Shown here one piece after another: positions 38,266 through 53,238 of a DNA stretch of 64,000 bases. The DNA lies in the NCBI GenBank assembly GCA_964016885.1, contig OZ024740.1, positions 87,482,001 to 87,546,000 of the forward strand, in the 5' to 3' direction. Source of the stretch: Eledone cirrhosa. Its lineage: Eukaryota. A program made the position numbers and the translations under genes. Each line of letters starts with the position of its first letter. The first letter of the stretch is position 1. A model generated the notes under the pieces. The model searched no databases and was not told the origin of the DNA. It saw nothing but the letters and a program-made list of their open reading frames with translations.

Positions 38266-41200
38266 ATATTTGCTGTCACAATGCGATATTTCATAATGTG
38301 CAGGTTATTTACCATGTTATTAAAATTAGAAGCTACAAAAGAAATATATTTGTCAATAGTTAAGGACCCTTGACCTTATCTGTAAGGTAGAGCTCTCTCT
38401 GGTTTACTCTATTTTATGCTGTATAATGTACCTGTTCTTTACGCATGTTATTAGAATTTGCAACTGGAGAAAGAAATATACTTCTGTAACAAGTTTTATT
38501 CAAAAGAAATTTCAACTTTGCCTTCTTGAATAATAATGCATTTGCTACATTAAATTCTTTTGAAATGGTGTAACATTATGTTAGGTAAGAGTTTTCACAC
38601 GCTGCTTGGTATGCAGTGGTCATATATTCTCGAAATTGATCATTGCTGCTTAATGGTGAACAGTAGCTACAGGATAAATATTAATTTCATTGTAGTAGTT
38701 CTTTTTCATAAGTATCATCCCTTTTATTAAGGACAGCTTTTAAAAAGTGTGTGTATGTGTTAGTGAATAACAAGGTGTTCAAGCATGTGTTAGATTAGCA
38801 ATAATATAGAATGATACAGATAAATAATGTATGATGGCAAAAGTTAGAGCTTTGCAGTTGGATGAAGACTTGAGATCTACTATACCATGACATGTTATAC
38901 ATTGCATTGCATGTTCTACTATGCCACGGCATGTTCTACTATACCATGGCTTGTTAGTACAGATTTTCATCAATAACTCCTTCCAGTACATGACTGGTAT
39001 TCATTCCATTTATTGACTTTAGATGGATGAAAGACAAAGTTGGCCTCAACAGGGTTTGAAATCAGAACAGAAAACGTAGAAAGATGTGCAGCAAGGCATT
39101 TGTCTCTAAGAAAATAATTTTTGCAAACTGGCAATCAATTAAGTTAACCCTGAGACACAGCTGATACTTTATTCTATGGAACTCAGATGGATGACAAGCT
39201 AAGTTACTCCAGTCAGGATCTGAAGTTAGAACATAAAGAGCAAAAACATATACAGCAGGGTATTTTGTCCAGCACTAACAATGTTGTCAATCCTTCATGT
39301 CGCTAATGTTATTGTTATTTATGTTAAAACTGCAAGGCAATGATATATGAACACCTCAGTTGAAAGCTAAGTGTAATCTAATGGACATGCAATGGAAATT
39401 TGGTTGAATGTCATTCAGTATCAAATGGATTAGCTGGTACTAAAATATAATTATGTGGCTATGTACATAATGAACATAGATTATATGTGATAGGTCAAAA
39501 TTTGTTTTAAGCAAGTGATTTATGGCAGCTAAGATAAGAGTTGGCCATAGCAGACTTGGATGAAGCAAAGGTATTTAGCTTCCAATTTGAGAATGTTAAG
39601 TCATATGAATACACACTGACAAAAGATAAATTAGCTGCAGAAGAAACAAATGCTTTTCTGCACCTGACTAATACAGACAAACACAGAAGATGCAAGTTAA
39701 AGTAGAAATGGTTATGATGATGATCATGATTGATATTTTAGCTTGTGATTATTAAAAAGAAAATCAACAAAATAACTACTTGAGGTTTGAATATCAATCT
39801 TATGCCGTGAAATGAGTGTTTTCTATGTTGGCATGCCTCACACGGGTCTGTAAAATAACTATTCTCTCTTAAGCTTACTGTCTTTACAATCATTAATCTT
39901 AATTTTCATAGATCACAGAGGAAGTATCACATTTTATGCTTTCTTTATTTTACTGTTTCCATATAACTATCACCAAATATATATTTATAAATAAAGATTA
40001 TTGTGATTATCTCAGTATGGCTGGTCTAACTAGTATGAACAGGAAGAGGGTCTAAAGAATAGTTTCCCTCAGCAGCCAAAAGATTGCTCTGAATCTTTTA
40101 AACTTCTAATGAATTACAATTGTTGTTATTGTACTTATTTGGCCCCAGATCAAACTGAATTGAGAAAACCACAATCAAATGCATTCTAACCACAACCATT
40201 CCAGTTTTCCTTCCCCGCAAAAGTTATTACTGTGTGTCATAAAAGTTAATGAAAAGGGTAGGCATCAGAAAAGGCATTTCACTATAAACCATTACATGCA
40301 TAATTCTCACCCAACCCATGCTAGCATAGAAAAGTGGATATAAAAGTGATACTGCTGCTGAAAATGATGTTGGATGTATGCAGAATCACAATGTAATATG
40401 TTCTACCTTTTAGAAAGTTGAGAGTAATATTTAAATGAAATTTGACTGCTATTTCTAGCAGGTCAAGAACTACAGTTGTCCTAACAACTAACACTGTGTA
40501 TTATTACACACTAATACAAAAACAAGCAGTTTAATTGAACTGACATTACCCCTGTTCCATCCAATGCATTTTCTTTAGTTTTGTGTTCAATTTTTGATTT
40601 TAGGATATATATTTTACTTTATTCTGGGTTGACAATTTTTCTTAAGTGAATCACATGAGAATACTTTAAAAACAGGAAATTTGTTTGTGGTCTATTTTAG
40701 GGTTTATTAGATTAACATCATTCATGCTAAGTTATATCTTCTATCTCCCTTGAGAGAAGAACAACTTCAACATGAAATTACTAGTTTTAAAAAAATGTCA
40801 GTCGATAATGAAGAAAATTACCAGAAAAACTAAACTATATAATAGAATTAAAAAAAATTACATTTGTAAATGTCAAAAATACTTGGCAGTGTGGGGTGGG
40901 ACCTAGGAGTTTTATATTTTTTCCCCTTTTTAATGTTTCTGAAAAACTGAATGCTGGTATGAGAGAGAACGTACCTAATATTTTATCTGAGTTTTATGAG
41001 ATCAGGAATTATTTTTATAGGCACATGGTACAACTTTGTAGTTAAGAAATTCACTTTTCAACAGCCACATAGCTTTTGATTCTATTTCGTTGTGTAGCAC
41101 ATAAAGCAATTGTCAACAACTATAGCCTCAAGCAGGGAATTTAGTAGACAGAAAGTTTAAGGAAGCTTGTCATGTGTAGATATACTAAATAACATGTCAT

Positions 41201-42019
41201 CTTGTAGAGTATAGTAATATATATATTTCAATTTATTGACTAGAAGCTTGAATTTAAAATATTGATTTATTTCGTATAGTGTTGATTGTTATAGTCACTA
41301 AAGGAGTTCAGTTATGGTGAATCCTTTTCTTAAAGGCATATCCTACTCTTTCCACCACCGTTCAGGAATTGACCGATATTTTGATAGTTAAACCTGGTGG
41401 AAATAGATTAAGTTCCACATTATGTAATAGATGATGCAACACCAGCTTTCAGTATAGCTTAACTGTGATGGGAACTATATATATATATATATCTCTATCT
41501 CATGACAGTTAGTTGGCAAAGGAAAATCACTTTTCTTTGGAACTAGAATTGTGACTCTCTCCAAATGGATGGAGGTACATAGTGTTTACACACACCTCAT
41601 ACTGATGGAAGATAACAATTGATAAAAACATCAAACAAAAATGCTTTGTCTTATTTGGTTAAATCCTTGTCATTCACCATTCCATAATCAATAAAAAAAG
41701 CTAACTGCTGAATTCTACCAGTTAGCTAGCTTCTAAGAGCAGAGCTATACCAATTTGGATTGTCTGCAGTGTCCAAACTTTTTTATCAACTTGTGTTACA
41801 AGAGTTAACTTCCTTATTAAGATTATATATACCCCAAGAGGGAGGTTTTTATCTACTATTTGTTTGACTATGTTGATCTAAGTTTTTTAAGTAATATTAC
41901 ATATGTAACAAACCCTGGTGTATTTGTATGCAGGTTGTTTCTTTTGATGTGTTTTCCCCCAGCCATGTTGACAGTTATTTCAGAGCCAACATAAGATGAA
42001 GTAGCAACAAAAATGTTAT

Positions 42020-42035
42020 TTTACACACATACACA

Positions 42036-42089
<54 letters not shown>

Positions 42090-42138
42090 TATATACATAC
42101 ATACATACACACATATACATACATATACATACATACAT

Positions 42139-42182
<44 letters not shown>

Positions 42183-42225
42183 ATATATATGCATACATAC
42201 AAACACACACACATATATATACATA
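42020..42225. repeat. Compound (TA)n/(CA)n microsatellite
   Basis: Direct reading. Confidence 0.93.
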
Positions 42226-42935
42226 CGTGGGTGTGGGTGTGTAGTAACTGCCTCAAAACTGAACACATGCTTTTCCTCAAAAAACATTTTTTTCCATTTC
42301 TTCCTCTTCTCACTCTCGTCTATCTTTCTATTCTTTTATTTCTCATTCTATCTTCTGATCAAGCACTAGTGTCCAAAACTTTAAGACTCTTTTCCTACTA
42401 AATCAAGCATTAAACTAATATATACCTTCATTGTACTGTATTGTTTGTTGTGTTGTTTTCCATTGACCTCTCACATATATATATATTTGTGAAATATGCC
42501 AAAAAAAAAAAAATAATAAATATACACAAGTTAAAAACAAAACTTGTCAGTGATGAAAAGATAATCATAATGAAAATATTAATAATTAAAGTTTGTTTCT
42601 TGGAATTATTCAGAGAAGAGACTTAAAGATTAGTCTATTATCATTCATAGATTTTTGATATTTCAAAGTTATCACACAAAGAATTGTTCTGTTAACCCTT
42701 TCATTTTTTTTTTTTTTCATTATTATTATCATCCTATTTCTAATGAAAGTTTCTTTATCAAAAAATTCTATTTTATTTGCTTTGAACCAAACAATATATA
42801 CAATGTTGTAAGAGGCAAATAAAACTGTTAGCAGGAGGCTGGATATCCGGTTGTAAAATACTGCTTTAAAAAGTCTCATCAAACCTAAGCCAGCTCTGAA
42901 AGAGGATGTAAAAACTATTACAATGATGACGATGA

Positions 42936-43196
42936 TTAACCCATTTGATACTAAACTACCTGAAACCACCTCTGATTCTATAATATAAAACAGTTTATTT
43001 TGAAGTGTTTATATTTATCTAGAAACATTCACCATAATTATATGCAAGAATCTTTGGTAACCTATACTCCAAACACCAGCTCAATAATGAAAAAAATGAA
43101 CAATATTACTAACAGCCATAAAAATCTTGATTATTTTCGATGTGAATTTTGAAAATCATAGGCAGTGTCTTTCAATAGAAAGATGGTAACAAAGGG
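42936..43196. mobile_element. TTAA-CCC MITE (piggyBac-like)
   Basis: TTAACCCATTTGATAC at the left and GTAACAAAGGG at the right. Homologous to 62836-63104 and to a more decayed copy at about 43400-43630. Confidence 0.65.
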
Positions 43197-45242
43197 AATG
43201 ATTTTTTTTCTTTTGTAGTGAAATAGGTGGTATGTACACACATATCCTTCAACAGTATATTATATTATGAACATATTTGTTTATTTCACATCAAACTCAA
43301 AGAATTTTACATTTCTGTTTCCCACATGATATACAGTCTCCTGTTTAGGTTTCAGTGGTAATACAAGACAGCAATAACCTGCTAATAATTATAAACTGCT
43401 TAACTGTTTTGATACCAAACCTATTTCTATGGTACAAACATGTTTATACTTAAACATTCCATCATAATTTAATGTAAGAACCTTGATGTAAATTATGCTT
43501 CAAATAACTGGCTAATAATGAGAAAGTTATGTTACTAAAGCCCTCCGAATTCTTTATTTTCAAAATGATTGGGATAGGAAATTATAGGCAGTCTTCCATT
43601 AAAAATATTTTGATAAACAACATTCTTAAAATAGGGATTCTTTTCTACATTTTTCTGCCGAGAGAGAATAGTCAAAGAGAAATGAAAAAAACATCAAATT
43701 TAAATGTTAATATCAACAGTTCTAACTCCACCAATTTATATTTATGGTTATACCTTGTTCCTAGTCTATATGTTCTGCTTTTAAATCCTGTCAAATCAGT
43801 TTTGCCTTTTATCCTTCTAGGGTCAATAAAATTAAATACCAGCTAAATTCTGGGGTGCAACTCTCTCTAACTCCAGCTTTTCTTGGATATTTTGCTGGGT
43901 TAAAAGTAGAAGGTTGAGAATGTCTATGTATTCTTACTGACTACATGGTGGATGCCTAAAAAAAAACATTAGAAAAAGGCATGGTGTATATTGATATGCA
44001 AGTTATACACAGTTGCAAGTGACAGTGATATTTTTTGTACTTCTTACTTGATTTTTACCCAGCTAGGAAGTATTACAAATAAAGATGCATTGCTTGTATT
44101 TTATCATCAAAGCTTAAAGGTTCCAGCCAAAACCAGCATATGATTTGTGAAGAGGGAAAAAAATATTTCTCTTGTTTTCTTAGGCAAGAAGAAACTCATT
44201 AAAAATACAATATTTGAATGACTGGCCTTATTATAACTTTTTCCCTAAAGAATAGCATTTATCATAAATCATTCAAGGTGTCAACAGCTCCTAATCCCAT
44301 CAAATTTGAAGTCAAAAGAATTGCAACTTTATACATTCTCTAGAAATGTTCAAATACAAACAGTCAATGTCTCTGTTCTAATGAGAAATACATAGACATA
44401 TAAAAGAAAATGAAACACTGCTTATGATTTTCAAATTACTGTGTAGTTTCTTTTTAATTGAAATCATTCCTTATTTATTGAAAGAATTGAAAAAGAACTA
44501 CAGGCTCTTAGTGGTGCACAATAATGTGAAAAATTTATCTTCTGGGCAGCTAAAGTATTAAGTATTTAAGTAGATAATTATGAGATGAAATTATACAATC
44601 TGAAATGAACCTGAACTAAAAATTATTCATAGATTAACCCATAATCAACTGTAACTGCAATTCTTTCTAATTAGTGTTCATGCAAATTATATCTGTTATG
44701 AATTAGACAATACATTTTTGACAAATATTTAGCAAAAAATAATTTGCTTTGCTGTCTGTAACTGTCATTATCTTAACGTATATTTTAATATTTTAAGACC
44801 ATTATAAATGTCATTTATTTGTTGAGAAAACTTTAAAATTAGTTTCTAATAACAAACTGTAAAAAAATATATATGCTTCTAGAAAATAAGTAAATATATT
44901 TAAGAAAAATATAAACATTCTCCCTGGCTGTAGACTTGACCCTTTTTAAATCTGAATACATTAAAACTATGTGAACATCATTAGAAATTTATAATTACTA
45001 CATTTTCTTTTTCACTTTGTAATTGGAAGACAAAAACAGCTTTCATCATCATCATCATCATCATTTAACGTCTATCTTCCACGCTAGCATGGGTTAATAT
45101 TTTAAACAAGAAAATCTACTAAATACCTCTGCACCTCCTCCGAAAACAATGAAACTATTATGTACGTGTCTTTGTAAACAAAATATAACTATAAAAACAG
45201 AACTATTTAAGCATTGTCAGATTAATTATAAACAAAATGTGT

Positions 45243-45471
45243 TTAACCCTTTAACATTTACATTACTCTATATTTACTATTGTATGTTCATGGTAAGGGC
45301 TTCACTGCACATAATTATCTCACATAATATTGAATCTATTCGATTTTGATATCATTTATTTTGAGAACAATACCTTAACATCAGTATGGACAACTGGTTA
45401 CAGCCAGTTTGAACAGAAAGAGGTGATAGAATTCTGGCAGGATGCAGCCAGTTTAAATGCTAAAGGGTTAA
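45243..45471. mobile_element. piggyBac-like MITE with TTAA target duplication
   Basis: TTAA|CCCTTTAACATTTA ... TAAATGCTAAAGGG|TTAA; the terminal inverted repeats match at 13 of 14 bp. Confidence 0.82.
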
Positions 45472-47679
45472 AGTTTAGCCCTCCCTTTCCTCCACTCATC
45501 ACACTCATCACCATCATCATTACATATATTGGCTCACCAACTAGAGCCTCAGATTGTTGATTAATAATGTTTTGTGAAATTTGTTAGGCAGATATTGTGC
45601 AGAAGGCTGTTCTGTTTGTGTGTATTTGTGTGAGTTAGTTTGTATGACCCATAAATTTGTGATTTAGCAAATAGAGATTGATAAAGTAAGTGTCAGATTT
45701 TAAAACAAATGCTGAGGTCAATATAATTAACTAGAAAACCTGCATGGCTCCAATTCACTGACTGAGGCCAGTAAACTAGTAAAACAATACACACACACAC
45801 ACAAAACAATAATCGTTATCACAATCATGATAATTATACTGAAGAAAGAGTGGAAAATATTTTGGAGATTATAATTAAAAACTACTTAATGACGTTTATG
45901 TGTATATATGTAAATATATAGATGTGTATTTCACTTGGTAAGTCGTGAGGAATAGGTATTGCCTTCATAGACTCTGAGGCTTATAATGTGTGTGTGTATG
46001 TGTGTGTGGGGTTTTGGCATGTATATATGCATACATATATGTGCCTATATACATGTATTTGTGACTATATATACATGTAAATGTGCATATATACATGTAT
46101 GTGTGACTATATATACATATGTGTGCATATATACATGCATGTGTGCCTATATATATACATACATGTGTGTATGAGTGTATATGTGTGTGCATCTGTTTTG
46201 TATTTAATTATACACATAAACTGATTTAAAAAATGTATATATAACAAGACGGGGAATTAAATTCAAATTATGACTGGAGAAGTTTTGTAATACAACAAAA
46301 AAGAAAATATGAAATACTGTAAACATATATATCTTCCTTCTAAATAAATATATAAATAAATAAAGAGAGAAATAATTGACTACATAAATAAATATATGAA
46401 TGAAAGAATGCCTGAATGCATGAATTAAAATAATGACTATAGTTGGAAAGCATTAACAAGGAAAACTAAAATTGTTACAATTTTCAGCAATTAAGTCACA
46501 CAATTCCAAAAGGTTATTCACGATTACATTAAAAAGAATATTGTTATATCTATTACAAGTTGCATGACTCTATAAAAGCTATTTTGCTGTGTAAAAAGTC
46601 GAAGAATAATTACTCCTACGTCTTAATGCATGATGCTTACTATATCACAAATTTCATGATTACCATGGCGACATCTTTCGAGAAAGCTGACTGAAGCATG
46701 CACAAGAAAAATGCATACATCTTTAGATAAACATAATGACTGTCTTTATAACAATAATAATAATTGCTGAAACATTTTTATGCTAATAATGAGTCAGGTG
46801 CTTTGTATGTAACTGAAAATTCTTATGCAAAAGTTGTTATGAATATTTTGATAGCATTTTTTTTTTTCTGTCTTACTCCTCCTTAACTGCATTCCATTAT
46901 AACAGGATGGTTGCTTCCTAAGGTTCTGAAATAACTGATACTGTTTGGATAAAAATCAATTATTAAACATTTTTCTTCTTATATTTTTACAGCGATTCAA
47001 TACCTTTTTGTTTGCATTTTCAATTAATTCAGAAAATAATCAAGAATTTGGATGAATTTTGTAAAATATTTTTTTCAGTACCAAGTTTGAAACAACTTAA
47101 GAGGTTCTTAAAAAATTCAGATGGATGATTTTGATTAAAAAAAAAATGATGACAGCAAGGATAATAATGACAGTGATGACAACAATGATAATTACTTTGA
47201 TGACAACCAGCATAATCACTGATGACAAAAATGATTAACTCTGATGGAGATATGAATCAAAATGATATTATCTAAAGATCCTTGTTTGATTATTAAGATT
47301 GTTAGCAAGGAAAGATACTACTAGATGATAAATAAAAGACTATTAGCAATACAAAGATTGAAATCTTTCTGAAGAAAAATAAGATACTCTTACAATATTA
47401 AACATGAGAGAGATAAAACAGCGTTTTTCTTTTTAAATTGTGCCCAAGATTTAGTTTGTGCATTAATAGTTATAAAAACTGACTTTACGAGCAGCCATGA
47501 TGAATGTAATCTTACTGAGCAAAAAACCTTGGACAGGTGATTTCTACCATAACACTAGGTTGACCAAAGCCTTCTGGGTGAAATTAGGCAGACAGAATCA
47601 GTGTGGAAGACCATCAAATGAACTGTGCCCATTCTTAGGGGGTTGACTTAATGCCTTGTCCAGTTTAACACACTCCCCT

Positions 47680-48155
47680 CTCTCTAATCTGGCTGAGTTA
47701 CACTCGCAAATAAGAAGAACCATGGCCGCCCCTAGGAGCATTGGATTTGGTGTAGTTCATGTTTGTTTCGGTTGCTGAATACAATCAGTGGTCCCTGCTT
47801 CTCCTGAAGGTCAATAGTTCTCTTCTAACTCGAGCGGGAGCTCCTTTCCATTGTCAATTTGCCTTGATCATCTGCAAAGCTGCATTATTCTCAGAACCAC
47901 TACACCAGTCTTTTGATGTGTGCAGCTGGAACTACTGCCACCCATTGATTTGGCAGGATTTTTTATTTTACAGATGACTCTTATGAGTTCTTCCGCCCTT
48001 TGTCAGGTTTTATTTTTTGTCCTGCAGTGTGTCCAAAATCACCCTCCTCACCAAGTAAACTTAGTAGGGTTGCCGGTTTAGTCGCTGATGACCCAACCAT
48101 GTGACAGGTTGTACTGGGTTATATGCTACCAGTAGCACTTGATAATTGGTTGCCT
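47680..48155 (-). mobile_element. Dispersed repeat related to 617-1211 (possible LINE 5' UTR)
   Basis: The reverse complement of about 47975-48155 aligns by eye with 620-800. The remainder is GC-richer than the flanks. Ends are approximate. Confidence 0.5.
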
Positions 48156-48339
48156 TTAGTAGAGACTCCTGCTGTGAGCATTTAGACATCACTCATCTGA
48201 AAATAGAATTCCTCTTCTTTCAGCTAAGCAATAAAAAAAGAAAATCTGATGTCTCTTAGCAAGAAATTGAGTTTTACATGAATTTTCATTAAAAAATTCT
48301 GTAGGTCCTCCTTAAATGATAAATCATTGACAGTTTCAT

Positions 48340-48780
48340 AACTATCATAATCATGTGTTGTTTCTCTCAGCAGGTTAAATACCAAGGACCACCATCTCAA
48401 TCTTTCTTCTGCTGTCCTTATTCATTCATTGAATGTTAAGTCTGTACATTTCTTAATATTATCCATCCATGTAATCCTTGGTTTTCCTTTTCGTCTCTTC
48501 TCATTCATTTTAATTCCTGTTAACAGTCTCTGTAAACCATTTTTTCTAATTAAATGTTTAAACTATTTTGGTTTTCTGTCTTTGATGATGTCTAATAAAA
48601 TTTCCTTAGCTTTTGCAATTTTTAGTACATCACAATTGGTATTGTGTTCTGTTCATGCTAGTCTTAAAAGTCCATATATCAAAGGTTGCTAATTTATTTG
48701 ATCATATATTTATTAACGTCCTTTGTTCAGCTCTATATAGTGGAGAGGACTTGACATAATACTTTAATAATCTTTTTTTT
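48340..48780 (-). mobile_element. Old RTE-like LINE 3' relic
   Basis: The minus strand at about 48460-48500 reads RRKGKPRITWMD, the C-terminal RTE motif, preceded by a YFKHLIR-like segment. Confidence 0.55.
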
Positions 48781-51775
48781 CCCTAGTTTTGATACATTTC
48801 TATATGTCTCTCTCTGACATTTTAATTAATGCTTGATTTTTAAACGTGGTGGGCATTTTAGGAGAGGAATACATGGATGTGTATAGAAACAAGTTTTAGT
48901 GGTATAAGAACCACTGTAAAATATTTATTCAATTTTTGATTGATCTGATTTTAATTAATTACTTTATTTATTAATATTGCTGTGTGGTTAAGAAGTTTGC
49001 TTTGTAACCACATGGTTGCAGGTTCTAATTCATTGTATGGTACACTGACTAAATAACATACTTTAGCTCTAGGCTGACAAGTGCCAGTAAAATATAGCCT
49101 CCAATTGAACCCAGTCTGGTGAAGGAAAAGGGGTAGACAGAAATTGCTTGGTAGCCCTTCAGATTGTCTGTACCTGTAATTCAATGGCCAGTCTTATCAC
49201 TCAAACTGTGTCAACCTGAATCTCTCCAAAAATTACATCATGGGTACTGTGGAATAATCAACCCCTTATACATTAATTCAATATGTAAGCCCACTCCATT
49301 GATTGAACAACTGGAACACATCATCGAAACCGACCGAGATCCATTTATTTTCATATGTACATAATTCCAAGAGATACAGTTATAGAAATTTATGCTGAAT
49401 ATTCAAATTATCTTGCTTGGAATGTTTAAACTGTTGACAGTGTTATTGTTCTATATTCTTTGGTATAGCACATCATTTATCTTAAATTTCTAAAAAGAAG
49501 CTTCATTTCTACTTCACAATATCAAAGAAACCCAACAATGGTTGAAAAATTTGAGTATGAAAGATATATAGTAATCTATGAAGAATTTAAGTAATTTGCA
49601 AAATAATCTTCTAACTGATTCACAGAAAATTGTTTAGAAATTATAAATATATTCAACTCGTTGAAAATATTTTATTTCCTAACACACATTCACACACAAT
49701 TTGTAATCCACTTTTTTTTTTTCAAGGAGGCTTAAGAATGGACTAAAAAATTCAGTACATCACTGTGTGTATTATAGTAGCCAATATATTTTAAAGAGTT
49801 AAAAGGAATTATTTTGAAGAAATATCTGAAGAGGTAATCCTTCCTTCATTGAATACATGTGTTACCAAAGTGAATAGTCTAATTTAAGGTAGAACATGGC
49901 TTGAAAACAGATTAGAAACATTTTCAGTTGTCTACTACAAACCTGCCACCACCACTCTCAACTTTCAGTTATATGTTCTTTATAATTCTTATAATCTTTA
50001 ATCCTTATAAATAACTTTCTAGGCTAAATAATATCTATTCATTGGCTAAGAAGGAAAAAGATCATAAAAAAGCTAAGCATCTATTATAAATTTTTGACTT
50101 TCTACTATTCACTATTTCATTATTTCTCCTACTACAGCAGCTACTACTAGTACTGCAGCTACATAATACAACATTTGTGTGATAATTGAAAAGAGGATCA
50201 AATAATGGAGAACAACAGATGGTATCTAGCCGCTTATATATTACCAAATGTATGTATGTATATATGTATGTACATGTATATGTATATATATGCATGTAAG
50301 TATGTGTGTGTTTGTATATATGTACATGTGAACATGTGTGTATATATGCATATATGTATGTAAATATGTGTATATGTATATCTGTATGCATGTAATGTGT
50401 GTGTATGTGTGTGTGTGTATTCACATACAATTGTTTGTGATGTGTCACATGTTATAAAACATGTAAATTTAAGAATTAAATTAACTGCTATAGAAACACA
50501 ATAACTACAATTGTCCAATCCTTACCAGCAGGAAACATGGATCTTAACTGTTGATGGTGATGATGTCTCTAACCAATCAACTCATTTTACAGCTTGAAAT
50601 TGTCATCACTGCAACAGATTTCACTATCACAGCTACTAACTTTAGCTGAAACCTATATACAATATGAGTAATCAATCATTCCAGCATATCTTTCTCTCCC
50701 TCTTTTCATTATATTTCTAATGAAATACATTGTCTATGTGTTTCAATTAATTTCAAATATAATCCCAAAATTGGAAAAAATTTGTAATATAACTAAAATT
50801 TTCCATCATATTGTAACATAACAAAAGATTCTTAATTTTTTTAATTTAACACTTAGTCAGGAGAAAGGGCACAATCAATGACCTTTTCCAGGGCCTCCAA
50901 AAGGATGTTGAATGAAATTATGATGGGAGGCTTAATTTATAATATTTAGCTAGGAGATTGAATGGAAGTGGATGGATGTTGATCAAATGATGACAATGGT
51001 GACTTTATTCTTGTCAAGGATTTGACAACCTTTCAAGTGCATTTGCTATGATAAAATGCACTCAATACACACCATAAAGTGGGTGGAGTTAGAAAAAGCA
51101 TCTATGCAGAAAAACAAAAATAAAAGCAAAATGAACATACAAACGAAACATGGTTCTCCAGTATGTGTGGGAAGACAGTAACTCTGAATAAAGACTAACT
51201 TAGAGTATGACCAATCCAAACAATTACAACATGTAAAGTGGACTAAGTGTTAATGATTTTAAAACCAGGCATTTTGACATCAAAAGCCTTAATGGAAAAA
51301 TCATCAAATATTATTCTTTGGATTTCTAGGTGTAACATTATCATTAAATTTCTACTTAGCACCTTTCTTACTCATTTTTGCTGTTTAGCCCCAGATCTAT
51401 GATCAGAAGCATTCAGCGCTGTGACCATCGCAGCTTTATTTTTTAACCAAACATATTGCTTCATGTTATTCAATGTGTTAGTTTTCTTTCTTTTTTACAA
51501 TAAAACAGTGTAGTTTAATTTGAGGGAGATTAGGCTGCTATTTCTAGTAGGTCGAGTAACTACATAGAGGCTCCCCTCATTTCCTTAGTTTCCTATCATA
51601 GTTGTTTAACTGCTATATTAAATCCTATCAATCATGTGACCAAGAACATTCCATTTGTGATAATACCAAGTTTTTTAGTGTCCTTTCCTCTTTTTTAAAT
51701 AATGCGTAGTGATTTGAGGAAGATTTTGCTGCTATTTCTAGCGGTCCAAGCATCTATATCTTTTTCTTCACCTAC

Positions 51776-52186
51776 TTATACCTGAGAAGGTCACAGGAGC
51801 AGAGTCCTCAAACACTCCTTCCAGCAGGTCCTGTCAAAAGCAACTGTCTCCAACTGATCCAGCTGGATCCCCAAGCGAAACCAGTCAAGCTCATGGATAT
51901 TATCCAACTATCTTTCTCAGGGTCTGCCCCTGGGTCTCTTGTCAGTTGATTTTGCCAATAAAATCCAGCGATTCTTCCCCCCCCCCCCCCGAGACATTCT
52001 AACCACATGGCCTTAGTATCAGAGCTGTGATCCCTCAATTTGGAGAAGTTACGGCTCTACGTGGAGTAACTCTCTGATCTTTGAGCTATGCACTGTATCG
52101 AGTAACGTTACTCCAAAGACTCTTCCTTTTGGCTGCTTGTATTCATGATCGTATTCTTTCGGTCATTACCCAAGATTCATGACCAT
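51776..52186 (-). mobile_element. RTE-clade (Rex3/Expander-like) LINE 3' fragment, distinct from A and B
   Basis: The minus strand reads GHESWVMTERIRS*IQAA and later RPRGRP-like, resembling the Rex3-type GHELWVMTERxRSRIQAAEM motif. Confidence 0.7.
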
Positions 52187-52193
52187 TATTATA

Positions 52194-52322
52194 CAAATCC
52201 CGCCGAGGTTGACTTTACCTTCCATCCTTACGGGGGGGGGGGGGGGGGGGGGGGGTCGATAAAATAAAGTACCAGTAATGCAGAAAATAATTGCTGGCCT
52301 TGTGCCTAAAGTAGAAACAAAT
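52194..52322 (+). mobile_element. 5'-truncated Meta-like SINE with an expanded G run
   Basis: Family homology. G24 at 52232-52255 where other copies have 3-5 G. Confidence 0.85.
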
Positions 52323-53092
52323 CATTTCCCTTTCTCAAGCATAGCAAGATATAGTCATCTTTTCATTCCTACCTTATGCAGGCTTGGAGTGTTTACAATT
52401 TACTAGCTGAACTTAGTGAAGTTAAGATGTGTTTTCAATTGTTAGAGCCTTAACTAAAGAGAAAATGTAAATGGCAGGAGGGGTAATGGAACTCCAGCAG
52501 AGTTCCTTTCTGGTTGTAGACATGAAATATAAAGTATTCTGCAGAAGGTCTTTGAAATCAGATACTGTGTGTACAGAAAAGAAATGGGGTATCTTGTGTT
52601 TGAGTACAACTCTTTGTACCTATATTACTGTGTGCATGTGCGTGCGTGTGTATGTACACACACATACAGATAGAAGATGATGATATACCACATCTATGTG
52701 ATGATACATATGTAAATACACTTATATACATCATATATATGTGTGTTTATCTGAGAATGAAACACATGAAGATGAATAAGAGATAAATTAAAGATTGAGT
52801 TAATTAGGGATGAGTCGAGTCTTCTGATAAGCTCTAGTAATCAAAATGAAGTGGATTTTTAAGTCCAGTCCAATTCATGCAGAGCATATGAAGCCATAGC
52901 CTGTTTATTGCTTCAGCAAAGCACTCAACTTAATATGTATAGTGAAAGAATGAAGAGTAACATGGTTGGCTGTACAACAATGGGGCTTTATTTCAGGTAT
53001 TAACAATTATTTCATTGATCAGGTGAGTCTAGAGGCCGCTAATCACTCAAAGTTGCGTCACTCGATCTCCATTACATTATTTACCTCTGATC

Positions 53093-53133
<41 letters not shown>

Positions 53134-53169
53134 CATCATCATCACCGTTTAGCATCCATCTTCCACGCT

Positions 53170-53235
<66 letters not shown>

Positions 53236-53238
<3 letters not shown>

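Noticed and set aside
46659-46672. RFX X-box-like ATTACCATGGCGAC (and YY1-like CAAGATGGCG near 12821)
   Set aside because: Single short motifs with no linked gene or promoter evidence.
52824-52893. Hammerhead-like CTGATAA followed by a GCTCT/AGAGC-closed stem
   Set aside because: The core departs from CUGANGA and lacks GAAA after stem II, and I could not find stems I and III.
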